DNA of 64,000 nucleotides from Anaerolineae bacterium (GTDB lineage Bacteria; Chloroflexota; Anaerolineae; DAOTYC01), in the NCBI GenBank assembly GCA_034435095.1, contig DAOTYC010000060.1, forward strand, positions 2,577-66,576, given 5' to 3'. Position numbers and translations under genes: made by a program. The notes beneath the pieces are model-generated. The model saw nothing but the letters and a program-made list of their open reading frames with translations, ran no database searches and was not told the DNA's origin. Below, piece by piece: positions 19,150-28,243 of this stretch (position 1 is the stretch's first letter; every line of letters starts with the position of its first letter).

Positions 19150-20754
19150 ATGAAACGAACAGTCTATTTGGCCCTGCTGGCGGTTCTTCTGCTGCCGCTG
19201 CTGCCCGGCGCGACGCAGGCCGCCGGTGGCGACACTCCTGCCGCGGCCGGTCTGCTGATTCCCAGCGGCGAGCAGGGCCTCATACCACCCCAGGCCGGGA
19301 AGTGGTATCGCTACGACGTGGCCGACGATGTAGAGCAGGTTGAGTTCTCCCTGCACTTTTGGCCCAGCGACGAAGTGAGATTCCAGCAAGTCAGGCTGGA
19401 GCTTTTCACCGCGCAACAGATCAATGGCGACATGTTGCCCATGGGGGAGGGATTCGCCCTCAACCGTCGCGAGCAGGGTCTCTCAGTAGGCCGCCGGGTT
19501 TGGATGGGCTGGCTCATCCGGGGGACGTACTATCTCCACGTAGTGAATGAGTCGCTGGCAGAAACCTTCAATTACATGGTCACTTCGGGAGGAGGCAGCG
19601 CGGCGACGCTTTCTCCGTCGCCAACCACCCCCTCTGCCTCGCTGCCGAACGGCGCCGCTACCGACTCGGCTGGCCCGTCGCCGTCCCCTTCGCTCTTCAA
19701 GACAGGTGTCTTGGGCCTCAAGGGACTTCGTCCGCCAGCCATGACCGACAGCCCGCCCGACAGCGTGGATGCACTCCTGGAAAATGCGAACAACCTGTAC
19801 CCCGCTGATGCCGCCTGGATGTATGAGACGCAGCACGGCCGGGTCAAATATGGGCAGGTGCGGTGGTACAAACTGGAAATCGGCGACAAACAGGAGCGCG
19901 TAGACATCACCATGCATTTCTGGCCGTCCAACGGTAACATCTATCACCATGTCTTCTTCGGCGTATTCACCGATTATCGGTTGCGCGTCTGGCAGGACGG
20001 CGGCGCGTTTCAGGCCATTGGTCTGGGCGGCGATACCGGCTTCGAAGAGGACCGCGCGTTGGTGATGAACAAAAAGGTCTGGCGTGGCGACCTGCCACAC
20101 GGCGTCCATTATGTCGGGGTGTGGGTGGATGCGGACCTGAAGAACAAGGAATTGGGCCTGCCCAATGTTGACTTCATTGACTTTCTTCTTGTCCCGACCT
20201 ACTACAACCAGCCCAACTTGCCTTTGCCCGTGACCAATATTCCCGAATGGCTGGCCCAGCCGCTGACCACGCGCATCAAGCGCAGCGGCGTGTTGGCCGG
20301 TCCGCGACTGACCAGGCCCGCGCCGGCCGCTTCGACCGCAGCCGCGCCGGCGGCGATTGTTCAGCCGCCTGCCCCCCAGCCCGGTGAGACCGAACTGCGG
20401 AACAAGGCAAACGGGTCATTGCCGCCCAACACCAACCAGTGGTATCGGTATGATGTGCTAGACCCCGACGGAGAACGTCTGACGGTGACGATTGAGTGGA
20501 GCCACGGCGATGGCAACCTGTTTCATAAGGTAGGCTTTGGTGTATACGACCGCTTCCAATTTGACACGTATCTGCGAGACAACGCCGGCTTGGGCTTCGG
20601 ATTAGCTGGCTCGACTGGACTGGACACGGACTATGGCCCGCCTATCAGCCGCAAGGTCTGGAAGGGGGTGCTGCCCAAAGGCACGTACTTTATCCGCGTC
20701 TACAACGAGGCCAACAAACAGATGGACTATACCATCCGGGTTGCCCGTGAGTAA
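19150..20754 (+). CDS. secreted protein with three internal ~170-aa repeats (PPC/pre-peptidase-C-terminal-like beta-sandwich domains)
   Basis: Signal peptide MKRTVYLALLAVLLLPLLPGATQAAG. Three repeats each carry WYRYDV...(L/I)TxHFWPS...FGV(F/Y). Confidence 0.6.
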   Translation: MKRTVYLALLAVLLLPLLPGATQAAGGDTPAAAGLLIPSGEQGLIPPQAGKWYRYDVADDVEQVEFSLHFWPSDEVRFQQVRLELFTAQQINGDMLPMGEGFALNRREQGLSVGRRVWMGWLIRGTYYLHVVNESLAETFNYMVTSGGGSAATLSPSPTTPSASLPNGAATDSAGPSPSPSLFKTGVLGLKGLRPPAMTDSPPDSVDALLENANNLYPADAAWMYETQHGRVKYGQVRWYKLEIGDKQERVDITMHFWPSNGNIYHHVFFGVFTDYRLRVWQDGGAFQAIGLGGDTGFEEDRALVMNKKVWRGDLPHGVHYVGVWVDADLKNKELGLPNVDFIDFLLVPTYYNQPNLPLPVTNIPEWLAQPLTTRIKRSGVLAGPRLTRPAPAASTAAAPAAIVQPPAPQPGETELRNKANGSLPPNTNQWYRYDVLDPDGERLTVTIEWSHGDGNLFHKVGFGVYDRFQFDTYLRDNAGLGFGLAGSTGLDTDYGPPISRKVWKGVLPKGTYFIRVYNEANKQMDYTIRVARE

Positions 20755-20790
20755 TGCCCTGCGCCCGACTTTTCAGTTCAGGAGCCGCCG

Positions 20791-21297
20791 ATGAACCACC
20801 CAATCGTGTCCGATCAGCGTCGCTATCTGCCCACCTACGAGAACTGCTTCGTCTGCGGCAGCCGACACCCGCGCGGTCTGCGCTTGCGTTTTTTCACCTA
20901 CGGGGATGGCATCGCGTGGGTGGAATTCAAGCCCGAAAACAGCCTGACCGGCTACGAGGAAATCGTTCACGGCGGCGTTGTAGCGACGATGTTCGATGAG
21001 TTGCTGGGTTGGTCGGTGGGTCTCAAGACGAACCAATTGTTCCTGACCGGCGAACTAACCGTGCGCTACCTGAGGCCCGTTCTCTCCAATCGCATCTATT
21101 TGGGCAGCGCGCAGCCCATCGAAGACAAAAAGCGGTACTGGGTTGCCGAAGGCGAACTGAAGGATGAGGACGACATCGTGTATGCCCGCGCCTCCGGCAA
21201 ATACTTTCCAGTTGGCGAGGAAAAAACCCGCGAGTTCGCGACTAAACTGACTTACCAGCCGGATGACCTGCCCATTTTCTTGGATTCGCGCGATTGA
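20791..21297 (+). CDS. PaaI/YbgC-type hotdog-fold thioesterase
   Basis: CFVCGSRHPRGLRLRFF...EEIVHGGVVATMFDELLGW. Confidence 0.75.
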   Translation: MNHPIVSDQRRYLPTYENCFVCGSRHPRGLRLRFFTYGDGIAWVEFKPENSLTGYEEIVHGGVVATMFDELLGWSVGLKTNQLFLTGELTVRYLRPVLSNRIYLGSAQPIEDKKRYWVAEGELKDEDDIVYARASGKYFPVGEEKTREFATKLTYQPDDLPIFLDSRD

Positions 21298-21414
21298 CAG
21301 GGAACTCCCAGCCGAGTACAATAGCTGACAAACGGAGCCCGCTCGCCGGATTTGCCGCTTAAGGGCGCGCAGCGGGTGGAATCGTCACGAAATGGGATGG
21401 TGATACACAAGGTA

Positions 21415-22164
21415 ATGAGAACAGCAGCAAAGACCTGGATTGTCTTAGCCATAGCCTTTTTCCTGTTAAGCTCTTCCCTCGGATGCGCCATCGTGAAGGT
21501 TGTGCGCAAGGGGACAAGCGAGCCAGCGCAGGTGCAACAGCCAAAGATGGCCGAGGTTCAACCGACGTTCACGCCCGTCCCGACGCATACGCCGGTGCCT
21601 ACCTTCACGCCGACGCCGACGCTTACGGCGACACAGACGCCAACGAATACGCCGTCCCCGACAGCCACACCGCTGCCTCCAACCGATACGCCTGTACCGA
21701 CCAACACACCAGTCCCGCCCACCAAGCCTCCGCCGCCGACCGATACGCCTGTGCCGCCAACGGATACGCCCGTCCCATTTATCACTGCGCACGGGGTCGT
21801 CGGTACCTTAACTTTGATTGACCCACAGCCAAGTTATCGCAACCGAAGCGCGGTGAAGCTCCGCTGGTCGGCAAAGAACGAGACCGGTGCGCCAATCGAG
21901 TTCGGCATTCTCGGCATCACCATGAACACGGGTACGGGACCCAACCAGTTCCAGAGTACCCGTTCGGGGCCAAACAACAAACTGGAGCCTGGTGAGGAGA
22001 TTGGCGCGGAAGAAATCGTCAGGCCGCTCCGCTTTGGAGAGCAGGTTGAGGGCGACGTCCTCATCGTCTTGTCAATGTGTTTTAACAAATATGACGAATG
22101 TGAAAAACCAGGCGCGGATTGGGAGAATATCTCTCCACCTGTTGTGATTCATATTGTGCCGTAA
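21415..22164 (+). CDS. secreted/anchored protein with a Pro/Thr-rich linker and small C-terminal domain
   Basis: Signal-like MRTAAKTWIVLAIAFFLLSSSLGC, a ~80-aa PT linker (PTFTPVPTHTPVPTFTPTPT...) and a ~120-aa globular C-terminus. The start could instead be 21397 or 21352. Confidence 0.5.
   Translation: MRTAAKTWIVLAIAFFLLSSSLGCAIVKVVRKGTSEPAQVQQPKMAEVQPTFTPVPTHTPVPTFTPTPTLTATQTPTNTPSPTATPLPPTDTPVPTNTPVPPTKPPPPTDTPVPPTDTPVPFITAHGVVGTLTLIDPQPSYRNRSAVKLRWSAKNETGAPIEFGILGITMNTGTGPNQFQSTRSGPNNKLEPGEEIGAEEIVRPLRFGEQVEGDVLIVLSMCFNKYDECEKPGADWENISPPVVIHIVP
21565..21785 (+). repeat. imperfect tandem DNA repeats encoding the PT linker
   Basis: Reiterated units such as ccgaccgatacgcctgtgccg, ccaaccgatacgcctgtaccg and ccaacggatacgcccgtccc. 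These are coding low-complexity repeats, not CRISPR. Confidence 0.5.
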
Positions 22165-22330
22165 GGTCCTCGGCTGTCGCCGAGCCGATGGCTTAGTTTG
22201 TCGGGAAATATAGAAACACACATCGGTGTGTTCGACAGGGTCGATCTCATGTTGTGTCGTTTCATCAGCCCAACGAGGTCGCCCTTTTTTGTTTTCTGAA
22301 GGACAAGAAAGAAAGGATGGGCAAAAGTCA

Positions 22331-23959
22331 ATGCACATTACATTGTACGACACTACCCTGAGAGATGGAGCACAGCGAGAAGGAATCTCGTTTTCGGCCC
22401 GCGACAAAATCATGATTGCCCAGCGACTGGACCGCTTTGGAATCAGGTATATCGAAGGGGGTTGGCCTGGTTCCAACCCAAAGGACATCGAGTTCTTTCG
22501 CCAGGCTCGTCACTGTACCTTTGAACAGGCAATTATCACCGCTTTCGGCAGCACCCGCCGCGCCAATGTAGATGTCGCGAAAGATGCCAACATTCGCGCA
22601 CTGCTCGAGGCCGAAACCAGCGCTGTGGCAATCTTTGGCAAGAGTTCGCCGTTACAGGTGGAACACGTTTTGCGCACCACGCGCGATGAAAACTTGCGGA
22701 TGATCGCCGAAAGCTGCGCCTACATCAAAGCGCACGGGCGCGAGGTCATCTACGATGCGGAACATTTTTACGATGGCTACAAAGCGGACCCCGACTATGC
22801 GTTGGCGACCCTGCGGGCCGCCGTCGAGGGTGGCGCCGATGTGTTGGTGCTGTGCGAGACCAACGGCGGCTGTTTGCCCAGCGAAGTTAAGGCCATAACC
22901 GAGGCAGTAGCCAGGGTATTTGACCTGCCTCTGGGGATTCACGCGCACAACGACTCAGGATTGGCCGTCGCCAATACACTAATGGCTGTGGAAGCCGGCG
23001 CACGGCACGTGCAGGGGACCATTAACGGGTACGGAGAACGCTGCGGAAACGCAGACCTCTGTTCCATTATCCCTAACCTGCAACTGAAAATGGGTTATTC
23101 ATGCGTCACACCGGAACAACTGGCCAGCCTGACCGAAGTGTCACGCTATGTCAGTGAAATTGCCAACCTGAACCCCGACACTCACGCTCCCTTCGTGGGC
23201 CACAGCGCGTTCGCCCACAAAGGCGGCACACATGTCAACGCTCTCATGAAGTGGGCCGACAGCTATCAGCACATTGACCCGGCACTGGTGGGCAATTCAA
23301 GGCGCATTCTGGTCTCCGAGTTGGCGGGCAAGAGCAACCTCCTGTCCAAGATTCAAGAATTTGGCCTGGAAAGGAAACTGAGCACAGAACAGATTAACAC
23401 GGTCATCCAGCATATCAAGCGGTTGGAGAGCCAGGGTTTCCAGTTTGAGGGCGCGGAGGCCTCGGTCGAATTGATGCTCAGGCGCGCTGAAGCCGATTAT
23501 GTGCCTCCCTTTGAACTCATAGATTTTTACACGCTGGTCGAAAACCGTGACGGAGTCCATAACGCCGGTATCTCGGAAGCGACTGTCAAGATTCGCGTGA
23601 AAGGCCAGGTCATGCACACGGCGTCAGAAGGCAATGGGCCGGTCAACGCGCTGGACGGCGCGCTGCGCAAGGCGTTGCTGCCGTTCTTCCCTCAAATCGC
23701 ACGTATCCAACTGATTGACTATAAAGTGCGCATCCTCGACCCAGATTCGGCCACCGCCGCTCAGACTCGAGTCTTGCTGACTTCGCAGTGTGGCGACCGG
23801 ACCTGGAGCACAGTGGGCAGTTCGACCAACATCATCGAAGCCAGTTGGATTGCACTCACAGACAGTTTGGAATATGGCCTCTTAACCTGTGCCCAGGAAG
23901 AGACAGGGACCGACGCCGGCGCGTCAACCGAACTGTCACATTGTGCGATTTCGTTCTAA
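22331..23959 (+). CDS. cimA: (R)-citramalate synthase (LeuA-family, TIGR00977-like)
   Basis: MHITLYDTTLRDGAQREGISFSARDKIMIAQRLDRFGIRYIEGGWPGSNPKDIEFF matches the CimA-type N-terminus. A LeuA-dimer regulatory domain is present at the C-terminus. Internal ATG ~22331. Confidence 0.8.
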   Translation: MHITLYDTTLRDGAQREGISFSARDKIMIAQRLDRFGIRYIEGGWPGSNPKDIEFFRQARHCTFEQAIITAFGSTRRANVDVAKDANIRALLEAETSAVAIFGKSSPLQVEHVLRTTRDENLRMIAESCAYIKAHGREVIYDAEHFYDGYKADPDYALATLRAAVEGGADVLVLCETNGGCLPSEVKAITEAVARVFDLPLGIHAHNDSGLAVANTLMAVEAGARHVQGTINGYGERCGNADLCSIIPNLQLKMGYSCVTPEQLASLTEVSRYVSEIANLNPDTHAPFVGHSAFAHKGGTHVNALMKWADSYQHIDPALVGNSRRILVSELAGKSNLLSKIQEFGLERKLSTEQINTVIQHIKRLESQGFQFEGAEASVELMLRRAEADYVPPFELIDFYTLVENRDGVHNAGISEATVKIRVKGQVMHTASEGNGPVNALDGALRKALLPFFPQIARIQLIDYKVRILDPDSATAAQTRVLLTSQCGDRTWSTVGSSTNIIEASWIALTDSLEYGLLTCAQEETGTDAGASTELSHCAISF

Positions 23960-24000
23960 ACGTGAGTGTGTAACGACGATGGCGTGCGTCAAGGAGGAGC

Positions 24001-25089
24001 ATGATGAAAACCTACCGTATCCCGATGGTGCCGGGGCCGACCTCAGCGCCTGAGCCAGTTCTGGCTGCATACACCGTCAACTACGGTTCCGGTGACCTGG
24101 AGCCGGAGTACTACGAACTGTACGAAGAGACCCAAAGCCGCCTGCAAAGGATCATGGGAACCTCCAACTCGATAGTCATCATGAGCGGAGAGGCCATGGT
24201 CACATTATGGGGAGCGTTGAAAAGCTGCCTCAAGCCCGGCGACCGGGTTCTTTGTATCGGAACGGGCGTGTTCGGCTACGGCATCGGCCAGATGGCACGG
24301 TCGGTGACCAGCGATGTCCACTTCGTGGACTTCAGTTACGACGAAATCTGTCGCCCGGAACGGGCCGAAGACGCCATCATGAGCTTACGCCCCAAGATGG
24401 TCACGATGGTGCATTGCGAGACGCCATCGGGCACGCTGAACCCGGTCGCTGAAATCGGCCAGCTCATTCGGTTGCACGGCGTGCCCCTGTTCTACGTGGA
24501 TGCCGTCTCCAGCGCGGGCGGGGTACCTCTGCTCACGAATGAATGGGCCATTGACTTGTGTCTGGTGGGCACGCAGAAGTGTCTGTCCGCCCTGCCCGAC
24601 CTGGGCATATTGTCCGTTAGCGAAAGGGCCTGGCAAGTAATCAAAGAAGTGCGCTATGAAGGTTATGACGCGCTGGGGCCATGGCGGACTGCTTTGAGCG
24701 ACCGCTGGCTTCCTTACACCCCTTCCTGGCAGGCTATGGCAGCCCTGCACACCGCTTGCGGTCTCTTGCTCGATGAAGGCCTCGACCGGGTATTCCAACG
24801 GCACGCGGACGCGGCTCAATTGTGCCGTCGGCGGGCGAAAGAAATGGGGCTGGAACTCTTCCCACGTCGAGAGGAGTATTGCTCTCCCACCGTGACCGCG
24901 CTTAAAGTTCCGGAACGGATCGGCTGGGCCGAACTGGACCGACGCCTGCGTAGCGCCGGCATGGTGGTAGGCGGCTCTCTTGAAAAACTGGCTGGGAAGG
25001 TCTTTCGGATTGGGCACATGGGCACCCAGGCCAACCTGCAACTGGTCGAACAGGCGATGGATGTCTTGGAGCAAATGCTCAGACTTTGA
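24001..25089 (+). CDS. class V PLP-dependent aminotransferase (serine-pyruvate/alanine-glyoxylate type)
   Basis: AAT_I/class V fold, GTQKCLSALPDLGILSV, RBS AAGGAGGAGC-ATGATG. Confidence 0.8.
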   Translation: MMKTYRIPMVPGPTSAPEPVLAAYTVNYGSGDLEPEYYELYEETQSRLQRIMGTSNSIVIMSGEAMVTLWGALKSCLKPGDRVLCIGTGVFGYGIGQMARSVTSDVHFVDFSYDEICRPERAEDAIMSLRPKMVTMVHCETPSGTLNPVAEIGQLIRLHGVPLFYVDAVSSAGGVPLLTNEWAIDLCLVGTQKCLSALPDLGILSVSERAWQVIKEVRYEGYDALGPWRTALSDRWLPYTPSWQAMAALHTACGLLLDEGLDRVFQRHADAAQLCRRRAKEMGLELFPRREEYCSPTVTALKVPERIGWAELDRRLRSAGMVVGGSLEKLAGKVFRIGHMGTQANLQLVEQAMDVLEQMLRL

Positions 25090-25114
25090 GGAATGAGGCA
25101 GTCTGTGTTATAAT
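25086..25114 (+). promoter_or_regulatory. sigma70-like promoter for the rubredoxin-encapsulin operon
   Basis: TTGAGG-17 nt-TATAAT preceded by TGT (extended -10 TGtTATAAT). Confidence 0.5.
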
Positions 25115-25166
25115 TTGTCCGCCTGACAAAATTGTTCAGTAAATTGATACAGGGAGGTTTTACAAC

Positions 25167-25325
25167 ATGGATAAGTGGCAATGTACGGCGTGTGGTTACA
25201 TCTATGACCCGGCAGTCGGCGACCCTGACGGGGGCATCCCGGCCGGAACAGCTTTCGAGGACCTGCCGGACGATTGGGTGTGCCCAGAATGTGGAGTGGG
25301 CAAGGACATGTTTGAGAAGCTGTAG
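25167..25325 (+). CDS. rubredoxin
   Basis: 52 aa, [52 protein letters not shown], with both CxxCG and CPxCG iron-binding knuckles and an AGGGAGG RBS. It is below the ORF-track length cutoff. Confidence 0.85.
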   Translation: MDKWQCTACGYIYDPAVGDPDGGIPAGTAFEDLPDDWVCPECGVGKDMFEKL

Positions 25326-25433
25326 GAGCTTAATATTGGGAATAAGTTAATCGAAATCATCGTTTAACTTGGGATAGGGGCCAGGAGTAGTTCTTCCAGT
25401 CTCTATCCCCTCCTCCAAGTGAAGGGGTCAAAG

Positions 25434-26621
25434 ATGCGCCTGGTCATTGTCGGCAATGGCGTGGCGGCCGTTAATGCGGCGTTAACAGCCTTGAAGGTTC
25501 GGCCCAATGCCGAGATTACAGTCTTCTCCGAAGAGCCGTATTACTATTACCCCCGCCCGCGTCTATGGGAGTTTCTGCCGGGCAAGCTGTCGCTAGAGCA
25601 GCTTTACTTCTATCCGCCAAGCTGGTACGAAGAACGTGGCATCATGGTGCAATTGGGAACGCCCGTAGCGCAAATAAAGCCGACTGACAGAGCGGTGATC
25701 CTTAAGAATGGGCAGGGAGCCTCTTATGACCGTCTATTGCTCGCCAATGGGGGGCTTTCCTTTATCCCGCCCATAGAAAACGTACGGCAACGAGGCGTTT
25801 TCGCGCTTCGCAATGTGGAAGATGCCCTGGCCATCCGCGCTTACGCAGAGCGAGCACGTTCGGCAGTGGTCATTGGTGGGGGCTTGCTGGGACTTGAATC
25901 GGCCCGTGGTCTGAAGGACCTGGGGCTTCAGGTGACCGTTGTCGAAATGGCGCCGTGGCTGCTGCCGCGTCAACTCGACGAACCAGGCGCCGCCATCCTG
26001 CGAGAAATCTTCGAGGGTATTGGCATTAAGACGATTACCGGCGCGATCACCCAGGCGATTGAGGGAGAAACCCAGGCGACCGGCATTCTTCTGAAGGATG
26101 GCCGTCGCATCCCCGGCGAGCTTGTTTTGATTTCGGCCGGAGTCCGCAGCAACACCGCGCTGGCCGCGGCGGCGGGATTGCAGGTAAATCGTGGCGTCGT
26201 CGTAGATGAACACATGCAAACCAGCGCGCCGGACATCTACGCCGCTGGGGATGTAATCGAATTTCAGCAACGCAGCTACGGCATCATTCCGGCGGCCATC
26301 GAGCAGGCGCGTGTCGCTGGCGCCAGTTTGTGCGGCGAGTCTGAGCCCACTTATCAGGGCACCGTCCCTTCCAACACCCTGAAAGTGGTGGGGATCAGCC
26401 TGACCACGGTGGGTACGACGGACGCCCCCAATGGCAACTATCGCGAATATCGTATTTCTGACTCATCTCGCGGCCTGTATAAGAAACTGGTGGTGAACAA
26501 CAATAAGCTGGTCGGCGCGATTCTATTGGGTTTTCCCAAAGAGACAGCCCAAATCACCAGAATGGTGCGCGAGCAAGAGCCGCTGGACCGGCCGGTGGAA
26601 GAGTTGCTGCAATTGAATTAG
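25434..26621 (+). CDS. FAD-dependent pyridine-nucleotide-disulfide oxidoreductase, NAD(P)H:rubredoxin oxidoreductase-like
   Basis: MRLVIVGNGVAAVNAA (FAD Rossmann), a second GG motif VVIGGGLLGLE, and ~400 aa. Adjacency to rubredoxin supports the call. ATG ~25434. Confidence 0.7.
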   Translation: MRLVIVGNGVAAVNAALTALKVRPNAEITVFSEEPYYYYPRPRLWEFLPGKLSLEQLYFYPPSWYEERGIMVQLGTPVAQIKPTDRAVILKNGQGASYDRLLLANGGLSFIPPIENVRQRGVFALRNVEDALAIRAYAERARSAVVIGGGLLGLESARGLKDLGLQVTVVEMAPWLLPRQLDEPGAAILREIFEGIGIKTITGAITQAIEGETQATGILLKDGRRIPGELVLISAGVRSNTALAAAAGLQVNRGVVVDEHMQTSAPDIYAAGDVIEFQQRSYGIIPAAIEQARVAGASLCGESEPTYQGTVPSNTLKVVGISLTTVGTTDAPNGNYREYRISDSSRGLYKKLVVNNNKLVGAILLGFPKETAQITRMVREQEPLDRPVEELLQLN

Positions 26622-26650
26622 GCATCTACGAAGCATTCAAGAATGGGAGA

Positions 26651-27184
26651 GTGAAGAAGATGAGTTTGCAAGGCAAGAGAATTGCCATTCTGGCAGAGGA
26701 AATTTATGAAGATATGGAGCTGTGGTACCCCTATTACCGTCTGAAGGAAGCCGGCGCAGAGGTGGTAATCGTGGGCACCGGTTCAGCGAACCAATATCCC
26801 AGCAAGCACGGCATACCGGTCAAAGTTGATGTCGAAGCCGGCAAGATTTCAGCCGATGAGATAGACGGGGTCATCGTGCCCGGCGGGTTCGCGCCTGATA
26901 GAATGCGCCGCTACCCCGCCGTGTTGGAGTTGGTCAAGACCGCTTTCGACCGCGGCAAACTGGTTGCAGCCATCTGTCACGCCGGCTGGGTGTTGGTGTC
27001 TGCGAAGGTGTTGAATGGCCGTAGAGCTACTTGTGTGTCGGCCATCAAAGACGACGTGATCAACGCTGGGGCAACTTATGTAGATGAGCCGGTCGTGGTG
27101 GACGGCAATTTGATTACTTCACGGACGCCGGCAGATTTGCCGGTGTGGTTGCCCGCGATCATTTCATTCCTGGAGGGCAAATAG
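26651..27184 (+). CDS. DJ-1/PfpI-family protein
   Basis: GKRIAILAEE...AAICHAGWVLVSAKVL, with the nucleophile elbow Cys in AICHAG. Confidence 0.8.
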   Translation: MKKMSLQGKRIAILAEEIYEDMELWYPYYRLKEAGAEVVIVGTGSANQYPSKHGIPVKVDVEAGKISADEIDGVIVPGGFAPDRMRRYPAVLELVKTAFDRGKLVAAICHAGWVLVSAKVLNGRRATCVSAIKDDVINAGATYVDEPVVVDGNLITSRTPADLPVWLPAIISFLEGK

Positions 27185-27236
27185 GCAATGGCAAGCCTGG
27201 ATTTGCCCCATAGTTTGTGCTCGAAAGGAGGCAGAT

Positions 27237-28187
27237 ATGGCCGAACTGACCAAACAGCAAATTATCGCCATGCTTAACGAAGACTTGAAAGGCGAACACA
27301 TGGCCATCATTCAGTATCTTCGCCATGCTTACGCGATAGGCGAAGGAGAGGTGGCCTGTGAGATCGAAGCCATTTCGCGGGAAGAAATGTACCACTTTCA
27401 CTGGCTGTCCGAACTGATTGTAGAATTGGGGGGCAAGCCGACCCTCGAACGCGCCAAACTGGACCTTGGCGGGAACGAACCGGCCGACTGGTTGTTTAGA
27501 GACATCCGCGCTGAGCAAGAAGCCATCGCTCTGTACAAGAAACACATCAGCCTGATTGATGACCCTAAGGTCGTGCGCGTCCTGAAACGGATCCTGTCTG
27601 ATGAACAGGCACACGAACAAGACTTTACCAAGCTGATGGAAGAGGTCAAAGCAGAGATGCCGTCGCCCGATGTGCCGGCGACAGAACCTGCGCCAGCTCC
27701 AGATGCGCGATTGGTGGAGATACTGAATCAGGGTGTGCGACACGAGTACACGGTTATCCTCCAGTACCTCTATCATTCACATACGACCCCCCATCGTGGC
27801 ATCGGCGAAGAGCTGCACTGGCAAGCCGTCAATGAGATGCAGCACATGGGCTGGCTCTCTGAGGCTGTCATAGAGCTGGGTGCAGAGGCTGACATGGAGC
27901 ACACCGAAGTCGACCTCTCGGCAGATACAGCCGCGATGTTGAAAGCTGACATTGCTGCCGAACGAGCAGTGACCATGGACTATGACGCCCAGATCAAAGA
28001 GGTGCAGGATGAGGAGATCAGAGAACTGCTGAGCCGCATCCGTGACCATGAAATCTATCACGATGAGTTGTTCACAGAAATGCTGGAAGAATTGCAGAAA
28101 GAAAACCCGCCCTCTGAACAAGACAAACCGGAGTCGGCGACAGGAGATGCTGAAATTCCGACAGTTGGCAGCCTGATCGGCAGGTAA
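27237..28187 (+). CDS. tandem (duplicated) bacterioferritin-like diiron protein with a C-terminal encapsulin targeting peptide (putative encapsulin cargo)
   Basis: Two consecutive complete four-helix-bundle ferritin-like domains. Each has helix A E...QY..H (LNEDLKGEHMAIIQYLRHAY / LNQGVRHEYTVILQYLYHSH), helix B ExxH (EEMYHFHWLSELIVELGG / NEMQHMGWLSEAVIELG), helix C E, and helix D ExxH (DEQAHEQD / DHEIYHDE). The C-terminus ...GDAEIPTVGSLIGR resembles Family-1 encapsulin cargo-loading peptides (hydrophobic-GSL-hydrophobic-G). Confidence 0.7.
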   Translation: MAELTKQQIIAMLNEDLKGEHMAIIQYLRHAYAIGEGEVACEIEAISREEMYHFHWLSELIVELGGKPTLERAKLDLGGNEPADWLFRDIRAEQEAIALYKKHISLIDDPKVVRVLKRILSDEQAHEQDFTKLMEEVKAEMPSPDVPATEPAPAPDARLVEILNQGVRHEYTVILQYLYHSHTTPHRGIGEELHWQAVNEMQHMGWLSEAVIELGAEADMEHTEVDLSADTAAMLKADIAAERAVTMDYDAQIKEVQDEEIRELLSRIRDHEIYHDELFTEMLEELQKENPPSEQDKPESATGDAEIPTVGSLIGR

Positions 28188-28243
28188 CACGAACTTTTAG
28201 CCTGGAAGCGCAGAGAGGCTTTGATTAGATTAAGGAGGAAACC

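Noticed and set aside
21560-21790. Candidate CRISPR-like repeat array
   Set aside because: The repeats are imperfect, in-frame, and encode a Pro/Thr linker inside a CDS. There are no unique spacers and no cas genes.
22165-22330. Possible leader-peptide attenuator or T-box upstream of cimA
   Set aside because: A T-tract (cccttttttgttttc) is present. I found no preceding GC-rich stem, no Ile/Leu/Val-rich leader peptide, and the region is too short for a T-box.
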